The notes under the pieces: generated by a model
Told to the model about the DNA's origin: nothing
Databases searched by the model: none
Seen by the model: only the letters and a program-made list of their open reading frames with translations
Made by a program: the position numbers and the translations under genes
Part shown: positions 47,486 through 60,019 of the stretch, in pieces
How the letters are laid out: each line of letters begins with the position of its first letter
How positions within the stretch are numbered: position 1 is the stretch's first letter
NCBI GenBank assembly: GCA_950097015.1
Contig: CATNEN010000035.1
Location: forward strand, 1,054,001-1,118,000
Direction of reading: 5' to 3'
Source: Macrostomum hystrix
Lineage: Eukaryota; Animalia; Platyhelminthes
Length of the DNA stretch: 64,000 nucleotides

Positions 47486-48864
47486 TTGGTGTTTATTTAT
47501 GAACAAGCATTGCACCAGTACCAGTGTGTGTTCATTTAGGCTGCGTCTATTGAAAAAATGATTAAATTCTTCGAAATATTCATCTATTGCATGCTTGCTT
47601 GCCCCGAGAGAATTCTCGACTTTCTAAGAATGCACTCTTGGCTCTATTTGCATTCGAGCAGCCGGTGACCCACTGTCTCTACCACTTGCTATCAGTGTGA
47701 GTTGCCAGTTACGAGTAAAAGACCTGTACTCGGCCCATCTTTCTCTGTTCTGGAGACACCTTTGTTAATTATATTTGTTAAACTTAACGGCTTAAATAAT
47801 GTTTCCATTCGTTCTGTATATGCGGCTCTTCAATTTCTTATAGTCTTTCTAAATTTAATTTGTTTTAGCTGATCCAACCATAATTCTAAAATTAATTTAT
47901 GTTGGTTATACATGGTACTTATAAATGTCTAGTATGGATGATAGCTAAATTATTTATTTCAACTTTCAAATTTCCAATTTAAGACCCTAAATTTGTCAGC
48001 TAAACTGCTAGCCAGCTTATTTTCATTAGAAATATATTAATATTAATACTTATGTTATCATAAAACCTTCCACTTTAATATCATTATAATTTTATATTCT
48101 ATTTTCGTTTCTTTTACTATGTTATGCGTTATCTATTTTTCTTGTTGCAGCGTGTTCCAGGGGTGCATTTTAACATGAAAAATGCTTATACACATGCATA
48201 TATAAATATCGTTTATGCGGCACATTTCGACTTCCTAGGTAATGCTGTGCTCACAAATTGTTTGTGTTTAATTGTTTCAATTTTTGCATGCGTTTGTAAT
48301 TTAATGTGCTTTGGTTTAGTGAAAAATGTTCATTTAATACAGCACTAGTTTGATCCTGACTTGAAATTTACTTTAGTAGAAGTTCCCTACTTTAAGTAGT
48401 AACGAAAAGGTAGGAAATGTAAGTTTCTCGTCCCTAACCAAGCAAAATATGGTAATCTAATATCAATAGCAGAGAATCGCGGTTTCCTATCGTGCCAACT
48501 AAACCCTGACGTAAAAGTTGGCTTTAAAACCATCGTGTATACTTGTCTGACCTAATTATACTAAGCGGTTTGTCGTGACAAGGACCTGTTTGTTTACTAA
48601 AAACGATTGCTTCTTTTTTGGCATTATCGATTTGAAAATAACTGAATAAACTTCTCTCTTTCAGTAGGCTTTATGTTCGTTTTAGTTATTAAAATTGATT
48701 TTTCAGTGTGGCTGACTGTTTGTCATGTACCTATTTCCAATTTATTTTTATATCCTAGCAAATGCTAAATCTCAAGTCACATAGGTATTCCCCGATCTAA
48801 AAATAAACTAGAATCTCCAGTTGGCCTTTTAATTTCCATTCCATATTCTAAAAATGGTCTAAAT

Positions 48865-49065
48865 CATGTGCTGTTCGTGGGGTTGCCCGACCTAAAAATA
48901 GTAACTCATGTGCTGCCGTGGGATTGCCAGATCTAAAAATAGTAACTCATGTGCTGCCGTGGGATTGCCAGATCTAAAAATAGTAAATCACGTGCTGCCG
49001 TGGGATTGCCAGATTTAAAAATAGTAAATCACATGCTGCCGTGGGATTGCCCCATCTAAAAATAA
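48865..49065. repeat. 41-bp tandem repeat (ATGTGCTGCCGTGGGATTGCCAGATCTAAAAATAGTAACTC), about 5 copies, upstream of BANF1
   Basis: Directly visible. Confidence 0.85.
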
Positions 49066-49225
49066 AATATTATAAGTTTTAGTAAACACTTTTATTTAAT
49101 GGTTACTTGCAATTCTGATGACTCCAACTGAAAATGTTATTAATTTGGAATTAAATTCACCTAAATTCAAATGCCGTCTAGTTGAAATAATTTATTTCCT
49201 TTCAATTTAAGCTCCGAAACGAACA

Positions 49226-49348
49226 ATGTCAACCTCGCAAAAGCACAGAAATTTTGTTGCCGAGCCAATGGGCGAGAAACCAGTTACAATTCTGCCTGGC
49301 ATCGGGCCCGTACTGGGTGAGAGGCTCAGCGATAAGGGTTGCGATAAG
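49226..49348 (+). CDS. BANF1: Barrier-to-autointegration factor exon 1
   Basis: [41 protein letters not shown]|GTAAG. Not listed in the ORF track. Confidence 0.96.
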
Positions 49349-49753
49349 GTAAGCGAATGCTTCGTCAGATTAGTAAAATTGTAAATTTAATTTTCACTTG
49401 TTTTCGGAGTCCGAATTTAGGGATTGGGATTATGGGATTCTACTTTGGTATCTGAAAGGCTGGATTGGGAATCTGGGATTCTACTATGGTATCTAGGAGT
49501 CTAAAAGGCGGGATTTGAATTTTGAGATTCTCCGTTGGAGTTCCGGGGTCAGGAACTACGGATTCTGGGATTCTTTCTATTCCAAGAGTAAAAGATTGGG
49601 GTTCTGATTCAGTTATTTTACAATAGGATTCATTGCTCTGAAAAAGGGATGTCGGGAAATTAAAAACTAAGAGTTTTAGAGATCTTTTGACCTTAGAGTT
49701 GGGACTCTGGCATTTCTTAACCATTTCCTTCCGCATTATTATTTATTCACCAG

Positions 49754-49900
49754 GCGTACGTTGTCCTAGGCCAGTTCCTCGTTTTCAAGAAGGATGAAGA
49801 AATGTTCTCGGACTGGCTGAAGGACCAGTGCAACGCCAATTCTAAACAAGCTGGCGACTGCTACAACGGTCTGAAAGAGTGGTGCAACGCCTTCCTATAG
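49754..49900 (+). CDS. BANF1: Barrier-to-autointegration factor exon 2
   Basis: [48 protein letters not shown]. The joined protein is 89 aa. Confidence 0.96.
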   Translation, partial: AYVVLGQFLVFKKDEEMFSDWLKDQCNANSKQAGDCYNGLKEWCNAFL

Positions 49901-49955
49901 TCTTGAGTCAAATAGGCGGTCAAAAACTTTGTGCTTGGTGAATGGTGAATTTCTT

Positions 49956-50451
<496 letters not shown>

Positions 50452-53400
50452 GAATTTCTTGTTCATTGAGGTTTCATTCCAATACACAGCTTATTCATCT
50501 ATTTACTGGTCAATCCCGTGGCATTATTCAGTTTTTTATCATTGATTGCCTTCTTAGAAACGCTTGCATCCAATCTGTTTTTTGTACGTTGTGTGCGCGT
50601 CATTTTTTATTCGGTCTCTTCGTACATTATAACAGTTTTTCTGTTGCCATTTCTTTTCATGAAATTATGGTAAGTTACGAAGTAAAAAAACTTTTGGTGC
50701 AGTGAACGTTTTTAACCTTTGCATAAATTAGTTTATTATCTGGATTCAGCTTCTGATTTCTTCTGATTACTATAAATACAAGACAAAAGTACACATCAAG
50801 TTTTTATATACTATATCTAGAAATTTCTTCTCAAATAAATTGAAAAAATTAAATAAATCCTTTACTCCACAACACGTTTTGCTTACTTAAAAATGTCTAA
50901 ATTTAAGACACACTGTGTTTTTATGGGTATTCATATTCAATTTACTAATAGGGTCTTCATAGGCCAACTCAATTTCTTCGTAAACATTTTGGCCAATTGC
51001 TTCGCTTGAGATGGCTCGCATAGTTCCAAGTCATAGACTGAAGTCTAATCTATAATTTGAAGCTGTGAGAGAGTATTTTCTGTTAACACAACTTCTATAA
51101 AATACCTGCTGTTAGTAAAGGACCACTAGAATAATAGTGGTCCGTGCTGTTAGTACACGGACCAATGTAAATAACACTTAAAACTCCTTGGACCATCTAA
51201 CTGTGATTAAAAGTAGCAAAATGCATTAAAAGCTAAGAAGACGCAGAATTTGAAAGCAAATATGCGTCTTTAGTTTTTAAGTAGTCGATCGTATTCCCGT
51301 TTTTGTTTAAATCTTGAAATTCTACGATAGCGAACATTTTCAATAGAAAAGTAAAACCTTTTTTTACCCAAGATCGCGTTGCGTTCGGCTCTAGGGTCGT
51401 TACATATCAAGCTACCTATAATTCTCTGCTATATGTTTTAGTACAATAGCAGAACAAAAAAAACAAATTCAAAGTATTCGTATTTCATGATTGAATCTTA
51501 TCTACTAAAACTTCTATAGATTTCAGAGGTTCATAAATGAAAAGCATCAAGCCATCATGCATTCATGGGCATCATTAAACAAAAAATAATTGTAATTATT
51601 ATGATTTGAATTAGGCCTAATAACTGCTTAATGATGATTTTACTTTAGGCTTAGGTTTTACTAACGAATTTTACTAACTCTTCAAGTTCTGGTATGGCTA
51701 ATAAATATAACTTCTTAAGAACCGATATTAAAAGTCAATTATATCTAATAGGACCTAACCTTATTTTGTTAGCAAAAATTTATTAAAACAGAAGCCTAAA
51801 GATAGAGCAAAGAGGTACATATAAGCAAAGTGGCAGCATGAGCAAGCCTAAGCAAGGCAGGCCCTAAGCAACTTGGGCCCACTCATTTTAAATTTTAAGC
51901 AGTTATGTTGTTAGAAGTAAACAATAAAAAAAACAGAATTAAATGAAAAAAGTTGTCTGGTTAACCAGGATTTGTCTGGTTAACCAGACAAATAGCTATT
52001 TTGGATATTTTTATGTACAAACATAGGTGTTAGAGGGGTAGAGAGAAATGCTAAAAAGTGGCATGACTTTGCATTTGCACAATCCCCCGGCTTAGCTAGT
52101 TGGCTGGCTGGGCTCTCAAAGGCCACCTCAACTAGACTGAAGTTGAGGGTTTTGGAGTGTAGCTGCATTAGTGCTAGCCGGTTGTGTGTTGTCTTGCTGC
52201 CACACAGCTCCACCCAAGCACTGAGCTAGGCCCCAAATGTTGCTGTGCTGAGGAGCGAACGCCAAGGGCAATGTGAGCAGGTGCCAAGGCAGCATGATCA
52301 ACCGATAAAGGGCAGAGTTTGTGGGCACCAAGGCAGCAGAAGTGGGTGACAATGGTAGCAGGTGCAGGCACCAAAAACAGCAGAGCACTAGGTAGGTGTT
52401 AAAAGCAGTCAGGCACTGGGTGAGCACTGAAAGCAGCAAGGCACCAGGCCAGCACTGATAGCAGGCACTGAGGCAAAAGAAGTGAGCATCAAGAGCAGGC
52501 ACCAATGTTGTGCCAATAGCAGCAAGGACAACAGGCAGGTGCCAAAAAGCAGCAGGTGTGTCAGTTGGGTGCTAAACTGAAAGCAACAATCAATAGTCAG
52601 TTGCTACCAAGAACCAGGTCAATGCCAATCTATGGTCATACGGTTAACAACAGTGGTAGTAACCTTGAGTAGGCCTATGCTGCAGCATGTAGCAGTGGTT
52701 GGTTCATTACGGGAGCCATAAGGCAAGACCTAGGGGCTACTGGGAGGCTGGCTGACTATGACTGCTGGCTATGCTACTGAGCTTCTGTGCTGCAAAGCTG
52801 CTGTTGTTGGCCAAGGCAGTTGGCTGCCAGGACCTCACAGGGCCAACCAGGTAGGCCCAGCATTGAGCTAGGCATTGAACTCACCAGAAAGGCACCACAC
52901 CTTGATAACTAGAGACAGTATCTCTATATAGATATATGTAGGATAGTACAACACAGAAAAAATGGTAAAACATTCAAGGCAAATTGTTGCATATATGTGC
53001 AAGAAAGGTTTTGATAAATATCATGTGAGACAGCTAGGTCAAGGTGGATTACTCAAATATAAATGAGTATAAGTATGGACTGAAACATACTGTTTATTAT
53101 TTCTTTGACACATGCTTTTAGAGATATGTACTGAAAAAACACCTATAAAAATTCTAAGATAATTATATTTATTTCAACCCAAGATCATTGTTAGTAAAGT
53201 AAAAAGTGAAGTATATATATAAATATATATATATGTAAAGTATATATATATGTAATGAGACACTATTGGAATAAGTTGTCTTTTTGGATTGAGTATCCAG
53301 TGTACTTTGGCTTGTTGTCATTGTGCATGGCACTTGTAGCCTGCAATGGGCCATGTTCTATATAAAACTGCCAGTTTGAGCCCAATCAAGGATAAAAAGC

Positions 53401-54220
53401 ATTCAATGTGAGAAGGTCAACAGCAAAAAGTAAATTCATAAAACTGTCCACATCACCTTATGATTTGAAAATTTCTAAGACACCCTCCATGCCACCTTAG
53501 GATTGCTATGGAGTACTGTCCACAGTAGCTGAAATCTTATTACAATATATATAGTAGTAATATCAGCATGTAGATAATAGGCCTACTAAATTTCCCACAA
53601 TTTTCCCACAAAGTAGCAATTTACTAAATTGCTATTGCTACTAGAATGTATTAATATGGTAAGTATTATGTACATTCTATTATCTAGTTTAATTATTTGC
53701 AACTAGCTTGAATTTCTGTTTATTTACATTATAATTAAGGTATAGTTATATTTTATAATATTAGAACATGCATATTAGTAAGTGAATACATATACAGTAT
53801 TTGCATTGAATAAAACATTGGGTTTCAAAGAAAAAGAATACATTGAGAAACTTCTATGATTCATTATAGAAGCATTTATCAAAGAAATTACTTGTATGTT
53901 TAGAATTTCATGTGTTTGACTTGTTTGTGTTTGTCTGAAATTTCTAGTATTTCTATTTATGAAGTGTATTATTATTAAATTAAAGAATACATTTTTCTGT
54001 TTTTTTGTTCTTCCTAGCATATTTTTATGTAATTTTACCTCACTTTTTATGTGTTTAAGATGTCTTCATTTTATTTGGACTTCATTTTAATAATATTTAA
54101 TAAAATTTTATAAATATTTTCTATTTATAATTTCCATATTTACAGTACTCAGAATAGCCTTTGGTGCCCTGTGCTCCCTGTGTTTCACTTTTGTCTTCAA
54201 CTTTTATATTACTTTTGCAG

Positions 54221-54505
54221 CCCTTAGCCAGGGCACCAGCAGCTGCACTCCTGGCTTCATCAGCCAATTGCAATCCGGCCCAACAGCAGCAGCAGCAGCA
54301 AGTGGCAGCTTCCGTATCCGCTACTACTAGTAGTAGTGACTATTTCTCACCGCCCGCTGCCAGCTCTGTCTGGGATTCCGCTTTTGCTTGGCTACCACGG
54401 CCGCCTCCTGAGTCGCCGCCGCCTACGCCGCCGCCGCCTCCGCCACCACCGCCACAGCTGCAGCAGCCGCAGTCCCTGAGGGACGGTCTACCCGCCGTTG
54501 TGATG
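54221..54505 (+). CDS. LNX: Probable upstream exon of the LNX-type gene (polyQ/polyP; start uncertain)
   Basis: TTTTGCAG acceptor, open frame, ATG|GTGAG donor in phase 0, compatible with 55876. A weak candidate first exon lies at 52758-52850. Confidence 0.55.
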
Positions 54506-54952
54506 GTGAGCAGTTGCTGCATGTGCTCAAGTAGTTCTTGTTATTGTTCAGTAGAAAGACCCCGGTTGGGAGCTGTCGTGAAGTAGGCAGCGGGTATTTG
54601 AAATGCCCCCTTGGTCTCTCCCCAGGGAGAAAAATGGCCTGGTCTTTGTACTGTTAAGAAAACAACAGCTTTTTTATTGCAAAACATTTGATGTGTTTCA
54701 ATGTATGTATCTTATTAGCTAGTCCTAGCCTTTGTATCGCTCTACAAAATTCTGCAAACAAGCATGCTAAGAGTAGGCCAGATGTGTGTAGAGCTATTTT
54801 TAGCTCCTGACTCACCGCCAGTTTTAGCTGAACTTATAAATCCGCATAAAGTCACAGTATGCCTGCCCGCACAACCGCCTGACTCAGTTTTTCTTCCAAA
54901 CGCAAATCCGTCTTGGTCTTTCTCGTACTTGCTTATTATTTATTACTTGCAG

Positions 54953-54973
54953 ACCGGTACACTCGGCCTAAGG
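54953..54973 (+). CDS. LNX: Candidate 21-nt microexon (TGTLGLR)
   Basis: TTACTTGCAG|ACCGGTACACTCGGCCTAAGG|GTAAGA. Phase 0-0, no stop codon. Confidence 0.45.
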
Positions 54974-55189
54974 GTAAGACCATAGACAATGATCAAACTA
55001 CTTGGACTGCATCTGATAAGTGTGTGGTACTTGGATCATGTTATCTCGAGATTATGCTCGAGATTCCGTGTTTATTAACTGTGGAATATGATCCCGACAT
55101 TATTCTAAATGGGTTGCGATCTTGAGATTATCTAATCTGTTAGGAGGTTCCGAGATTTGGGATGTGATCCTGAGATATACCCCATAGAA

Positions 55190-55847
55190 TGTCATCCTGA
55201 GATTATCCTCTAAAGAATGTCATCCTGAGATTATCCTCTATAGAATGTCATCCTGAGATTATCCTCTATAGAATGTCATCCTGAGATTATCCTCTATAGA
55301 ATGTCATCGTGATATTATCCTCTATAGAATGTCATCCTGAGATTATCCTCTATAGAATGTCATCGTGATATTATCCTCTATAGAATGTCATCCTGAGATT
55401 ATCCTCTATAGAATGTCATCCTGAGATTATCCCCTATAGAATGTCATCCTGAGATTATCCCCTATAGAATGTCATCTTGAGATTATCCTCTATAGAATGT
55501 CATCCTGAGATTATCCTCTATAGAATGTCAACATCCTGAGATTATCCTCTATAGAATGTCATCCTGAGATTATCCTCTATAGAATGTCATCGTGATATTA
55601 TCCTCTATAGAATGTCATCCTGAGATTATCCTCTATAGAATGTCATCCTGAGATTATCCTCTATAGAATGTCATCCTGAGATTATCCCCTATAGAATGTC
55701 ATCCTAAGATTATCCTCTATAGAATGTCATCCTGAGATTATCCTCTAAAGAATGTCATCCTGAGATTATCCTCTATAGAATGTCATCCTAAGATTATCCT
55801 CTATAGAATGTCATCCTGAGATTATCCTCTAAAGAATGTTATCCTGA
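55190..55847. repeat. 28-bp minisatellite (ATAGAATGTCATCCTGAGATTATCCTCT), about 23 copies
   Basis: Directly visible. It ends about 30 nt before the acceptor at 55875. Confidence 0.95.
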
Positions 55848-55875
55848 AGTGGATTCCACCCTCCGTTCCGCACAG

Positions 55876-56250
55876 GCCGCTCCGATTGCCGCAGTCGGCG
55901 AAGACGCTCGCCGCCGCAGCTACCAGGACCTGTTCCCATCGCCCACCGACTTCTCGCTTAGACCATTCTCTTTTGACACAGCACCCCCGCCGCCTTCAAT
56001 GTCGCCGCCACCACCACCGCCGCCGCCTCCTCCGCCGCCTCCACCACCTCTGCCGGCAGTTCAGCAGCAGCAGCAGCAGCCGAGACGCAGCATCAGTGTT
56101 GCCGGATCTCTAAGCTCCCTGACTGGCGGCGGCAGCGGCGTGGCAGCAAAAAAGTTGGAGCTCTGCTCAAGCTGCGGCAGATTTCATGAGCTAGGCGGCG
56201 CGCACCTCTACGATTATAATGAGAATATCGATCGGGATCTAATGTGCAAG
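55876..56250 (+). CDS. LNX: LNX1/2-type E3 ligase exon: pre-RING zinc-binding segment
   Basis: CSSCGRFH...HLYDYNENIDRDLMCK resembles the LNX2 segment CxxCGxxH...HLYNYQNEVDDDLVC. AAG|GTAG donor. Confidence 0.85.
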
Positions 56251-56790
56251 GTAGATGCTGTTGTTTCACCAGGTGTTGGGATTTTTATATTACCCGCTAA
56301 AAAATTGGGATGTTTCTTTCGGTGATTCCAGTAGGCATCTGCGGTGTTTACAGAAAATGAAACAGTCGAACGCTGGAAACATACCAATCGGATGATTCCA
56401 TGCTTGGAATCTGCCCAACTGGGCGTTTTCTCGGTGCTTCTTGGTGGCGAAATGGAATCAACCGAAGAATCCTCCAGTTTGGAAGATTCCATGCTCAGAA
56501 GCCGCCGAAGAATCAACCGTAAAGAATTCTCTGATTGTCCCATGGGCCACTGGTTCGGGTGATTTCCGAACATTTTCGATCACATCGGCTGCTTCCTGGG
56601 TGGTTTCTTTAACTCTTGCGAGAAAGGGGGGATTTCGGTAGATTCCACTCCTATTTTGCACAAAAAACCCGCCGAAGAAGCAGCCGAATTTTTTCAGGGT
56701 AGACAGAGATTGATATTTCATTTAATTATTTGTTTTGAAATTTAGTAAAAGTTTTTAACACCTTCGCCTTTGATTTTTATTTGTCTGCAG

Positions 56791-56951
56791 CTCTGCCAGC
56801 TGCCACTTGTTGATCCTTTGGATACAAAGTGCGGCCACACGTTCTGCACGCCCTGCCTAAAGACCCACCTGGCCAGGCAGGCTCTGTGCCCAATCGATAA
56901 GAGCATCATCAACTTCCTGGAATGCTCTCAGGCATCTAGTCTTGTTAAGAA
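56791..56951 (+). CDS. LNX: LNX1/2-type RING exon; the gene continues beyond the recognisable sequence
   Basis: LCQLPLVDPLDTKCGHTFCTPCL...CPIDK completes a C3HC4 RING. AA|GTGAGT donor, phase 2. Confidence 0.9.
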
Positions 56952-58147
56952 GTGAGTCTTTTTTAGTTTGGGTCAAATCCCAGTGTACTTCTGGTTGGGA
57001 GATTTATCCCCAACCAGATTGTAAATCTAAATTTAAGCGATTATGTTTTCTTGTTTGATTTAAAAAACTATCGGCTTTTCTCTTTCTATTTTTCGCACAA
57101 CTGTTTCAAGTAGTTAAAAATGATTACGCCCATAGCATACTACTGATGGGTGCTCAGTAGCTGGTGGAAGAGTCATTTCGAACCTCGCAATTAAATTGTA
57201 AATTAAAAATTCAAATTCTAGCTATATTTGTCATGCAGATGCACAATCAAATCAGGCCTGCACTTTGCTGTTCAGCTTTTAAACTTTTGTGACTGTTTTT
57301 ATTGAATGCCCTGATTACTCATAGGCCTCTATAGATTTTCTCACACTACTGACTTGAGTTGAGGGCTACAGCCAATCATTAAGCTGTCCGTTATTTCTCC
57401 ATCGGCCCACCCTCGATGACCACAATCTGTGTAGTTAACTTAAGTGTGAAATGAAGCGAGAGAAAAAGTTAGTTTAAAGAGAGGGCCTGACTGCTGCTGC
57501 TTCTGCTGCTGCTGCTGCTGCTGCTGTATGCATTGTGGAACAAAAATCTGGCACTAAAAAGATTGCGTTGGGGAACCCTCTCGGTTGAGTCTTGGAATGT
57601 TGACCAGAGGCTAGAAATAGTGTGGAGCCGTGATTTTGGGCGAGAGAGGCATCAAGGCCTGCTTGATGACGAGAAACAGGCGTTCTCAACACCGCCCATC
57701 CACTCTTTTCTGCCCTTCCGGATCGAAGCCTCCCTACTACAATCCCATTCTCCATCCGTTTGGCTCTAGCCAGCCTCCGCTCTATGCATCTCTGAACTAA
57801 TTCAAGCTTCATCCAACTAACTCTGACGACGGGGGGGGGCTGCTGCGGCTTATGCGTTTGACATTGGAGCAGAAAGACAGAAGTTCCCTGATCTCACTCT
57901 CATCTTCACCCTGCGATCTATTTGCTTTCGATCTCACTCTCATTTCATCTGCCTAGTGCTTTGGGGATCAAACAGCTATTGCTTCCTGGAATTTTTTAAT
58001 CCTGCGCGACTTAGCCATGCGGTCTGCTTAATTCTCGAAATCTTACCCTCTGAGCCCTCTGACCTGGCGATTTAGCTAATCTGTTTCTAAGGCTTCTTTG
58101 GATTAAACTAAACGAAAGCCATTCAATTTTCTAATTGTGGATCTAAG

Positions 58148-59320
58148 GTGACTCTCTGAAACAAACCCGAGTGACTCATAGACAAGCCGGAGTGACTCTC
58201 ATAGACAAGCCGCAGTGACTCTCTGAAACAAACCCGAGTGACTCATAGACAAGCCGGAGTGACTCTCATAGACAAGACGGAGTGACTCTCATAGACAAGA
58301 CGGAGTGACTCTCATAGACAAGACGGAGTGACTCTCATAGACAAGACGGAGTGACTCTCATAGACAAGCTGGAGTGACTCTGATACACAACCTGGGTGAC
58401 TCTCTGAAACAAACCCGAGTGACTCATAGACAAGCCGGAGTGACTCTCTGAAACAAACCCGAGTGACTCATAGACAAGCCGCAGTGACTCTCATAGACAA
58501 GACGGAGTGACTCTCATAGACAAGACGGAGTGACTCTGATACACAACCTGGGTGACTCTCATAGACAAGCCGCAGTGACTCTCATAGACAAGCTGGAGTG
58601 ACTCTGATACACAACCTGGGTGACTCTCATAGACAAGCCGGAGTGACTCTCATAGACAAGCCAGAGTGACTCTCATAGACAAGACGGAGTGACTCCCTTA
58701 GAAAAGCTGGAGTGACTCCCTTAGAAAAGCTGGAGTGACTCATAGACAAGCCGCAGTGACTCTCATAGACAAGCCAGAGTGACTCTCATAGACAAGACGG
58801 AGTGACTCCCTTAGAAAAGCTGGTGTGACTCTGATAGACAAGATGGAGGGACTGTCATAAACAAGACGGAGTGACTCTCATAGACAAGCTGGAGTGACTC
58901 TGATAGACAAGATGGAGGGACTCTCATAGACAAGACAGAGTGACTCTCATAGACAAGCCGGAGTGACTCATTGACCAGCCCAAATGACTCTCTTAGAAGA
59001 ATCAGTGTGACTCTCATAGACAAGACGGAGTGACTCTCATAGACAAGCTGGAGTGACTCTGATAGACAAGACGGAGTGACTCATTGACCAGCCCAAATGA
59101 CTCTCTTAGAAGAATCAGTGTGACTCTCATAGACAAGACGGAGTGACTCTCATAGACAAGCTGGAGTGACTCTGATAGACAAGACGGAGTAACTCTCATA
59201 GACAAGCCGGAGTGACTCTCATAGACAAGACGGAGTAACTCTCATAGACAAGCCGGAGTGACTCATTGACCAGCCCAAATGACTCTCTTAGAAGAATCAG
59301 TGTGACTCTCATAGACAAGC
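58148..59320. repeat. About 23-bp composite minisatellite (GAGTGACTCTCATAGACAAGACG and variants), about 50 units
   Basis: Directly visible. Each unit has GAGT-G-ACTC, and some have TGACTCA. Confidence 0.93.
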
Positions 59321-59541
59321 TAATCTCCTAGTTTCCCAAATGAGTAAAGAAAAATAGTTTCAGTTTCTTGTCTCATTTGTCTTTGACTGGCAATCTGACA
59401 ATAGAAATATAGAAATCCACTATACAGCCTAAAAGCAGAAAGCTTTCTATTGGCTGTCCTATCGAGATTCATCTTAATAACCCATTGAGCTCAACACTTT
59501 CTGAACTGCGTTTTCATACCGAATGCATGCGGAGCAGCCTG

Positions 59542-59572
59542 ATTGGCTGGGGGAGGCATAGAATGGGGGCGG
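59542..59572 (+). promoter_or_regulatory. Inverted CCAAT box and GC box; candidate internal promoter
   Basis: ATTGG at 59542-59546 and GGGGGCGG at 59565-59572, about 240 nt upstream of the ATG at 59812. Confidence 0.35.
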
Positions 59573-59811
59573 CTAGGCGCTGACAAGCAGGGCTAAGAGA
59601 TGTGAAGTTGGTTCTAGTAATTTTTCCCGCCAGAACTAGAAGCATTAAACTCTACCACTACTTTGCTCTCCTGCCTCCAGACTCCTATGTAATCCGATAG
59701 GATTTACTGTGAATATTTGAATCTCACATATAAGCATTGCCAATAGTGGTAGTGCTATATAGAATTAAGCATTAGTTGCACAAGCTAATTCCAACACGAC
59801 TTGGGCAGCTC

Positions 59812-59969
59812 ATGCCCGCTGCGATAGTTAGCAACCCAGCCATCGCCGCCGCCTCCGCCGCCGCAGCCACCTCGCCAGTGGCAGCAGCGGGTTCTGCTAA
59901 TCAGCACCAGCAGAAGACGACCACCCTTCACCAAAAGCAGCACAGCGGCTTGTTGTTGAGTCCGTTCGG
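59812..59969 (+). CDS. Candidate alternative first coding exon of the LNX-type gene
   Basis: MPAAIVSNPAIAAASAAAATSPV...LLSPFG with a GG|GTGAG donor in phase 2. The nearby acceptors I checked are phase 0, so it cannot follow the RING exon. Confidence 0.5.
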
Positions 59970-60019
59970 GTGAGGCACTGGGGACCGCTTCCTATCTGAA
60001 TACTCAGCTTCAGAACCTA

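Noticed and set aside
49420-49700. GGGATT-rich stretch in the BANF1 intron as telomeric or NF-kB site repeats
   Set aside because: Spacing is irregular and it is not a TTAGGG array. It is best treated as degenerate low-complexity sequence.
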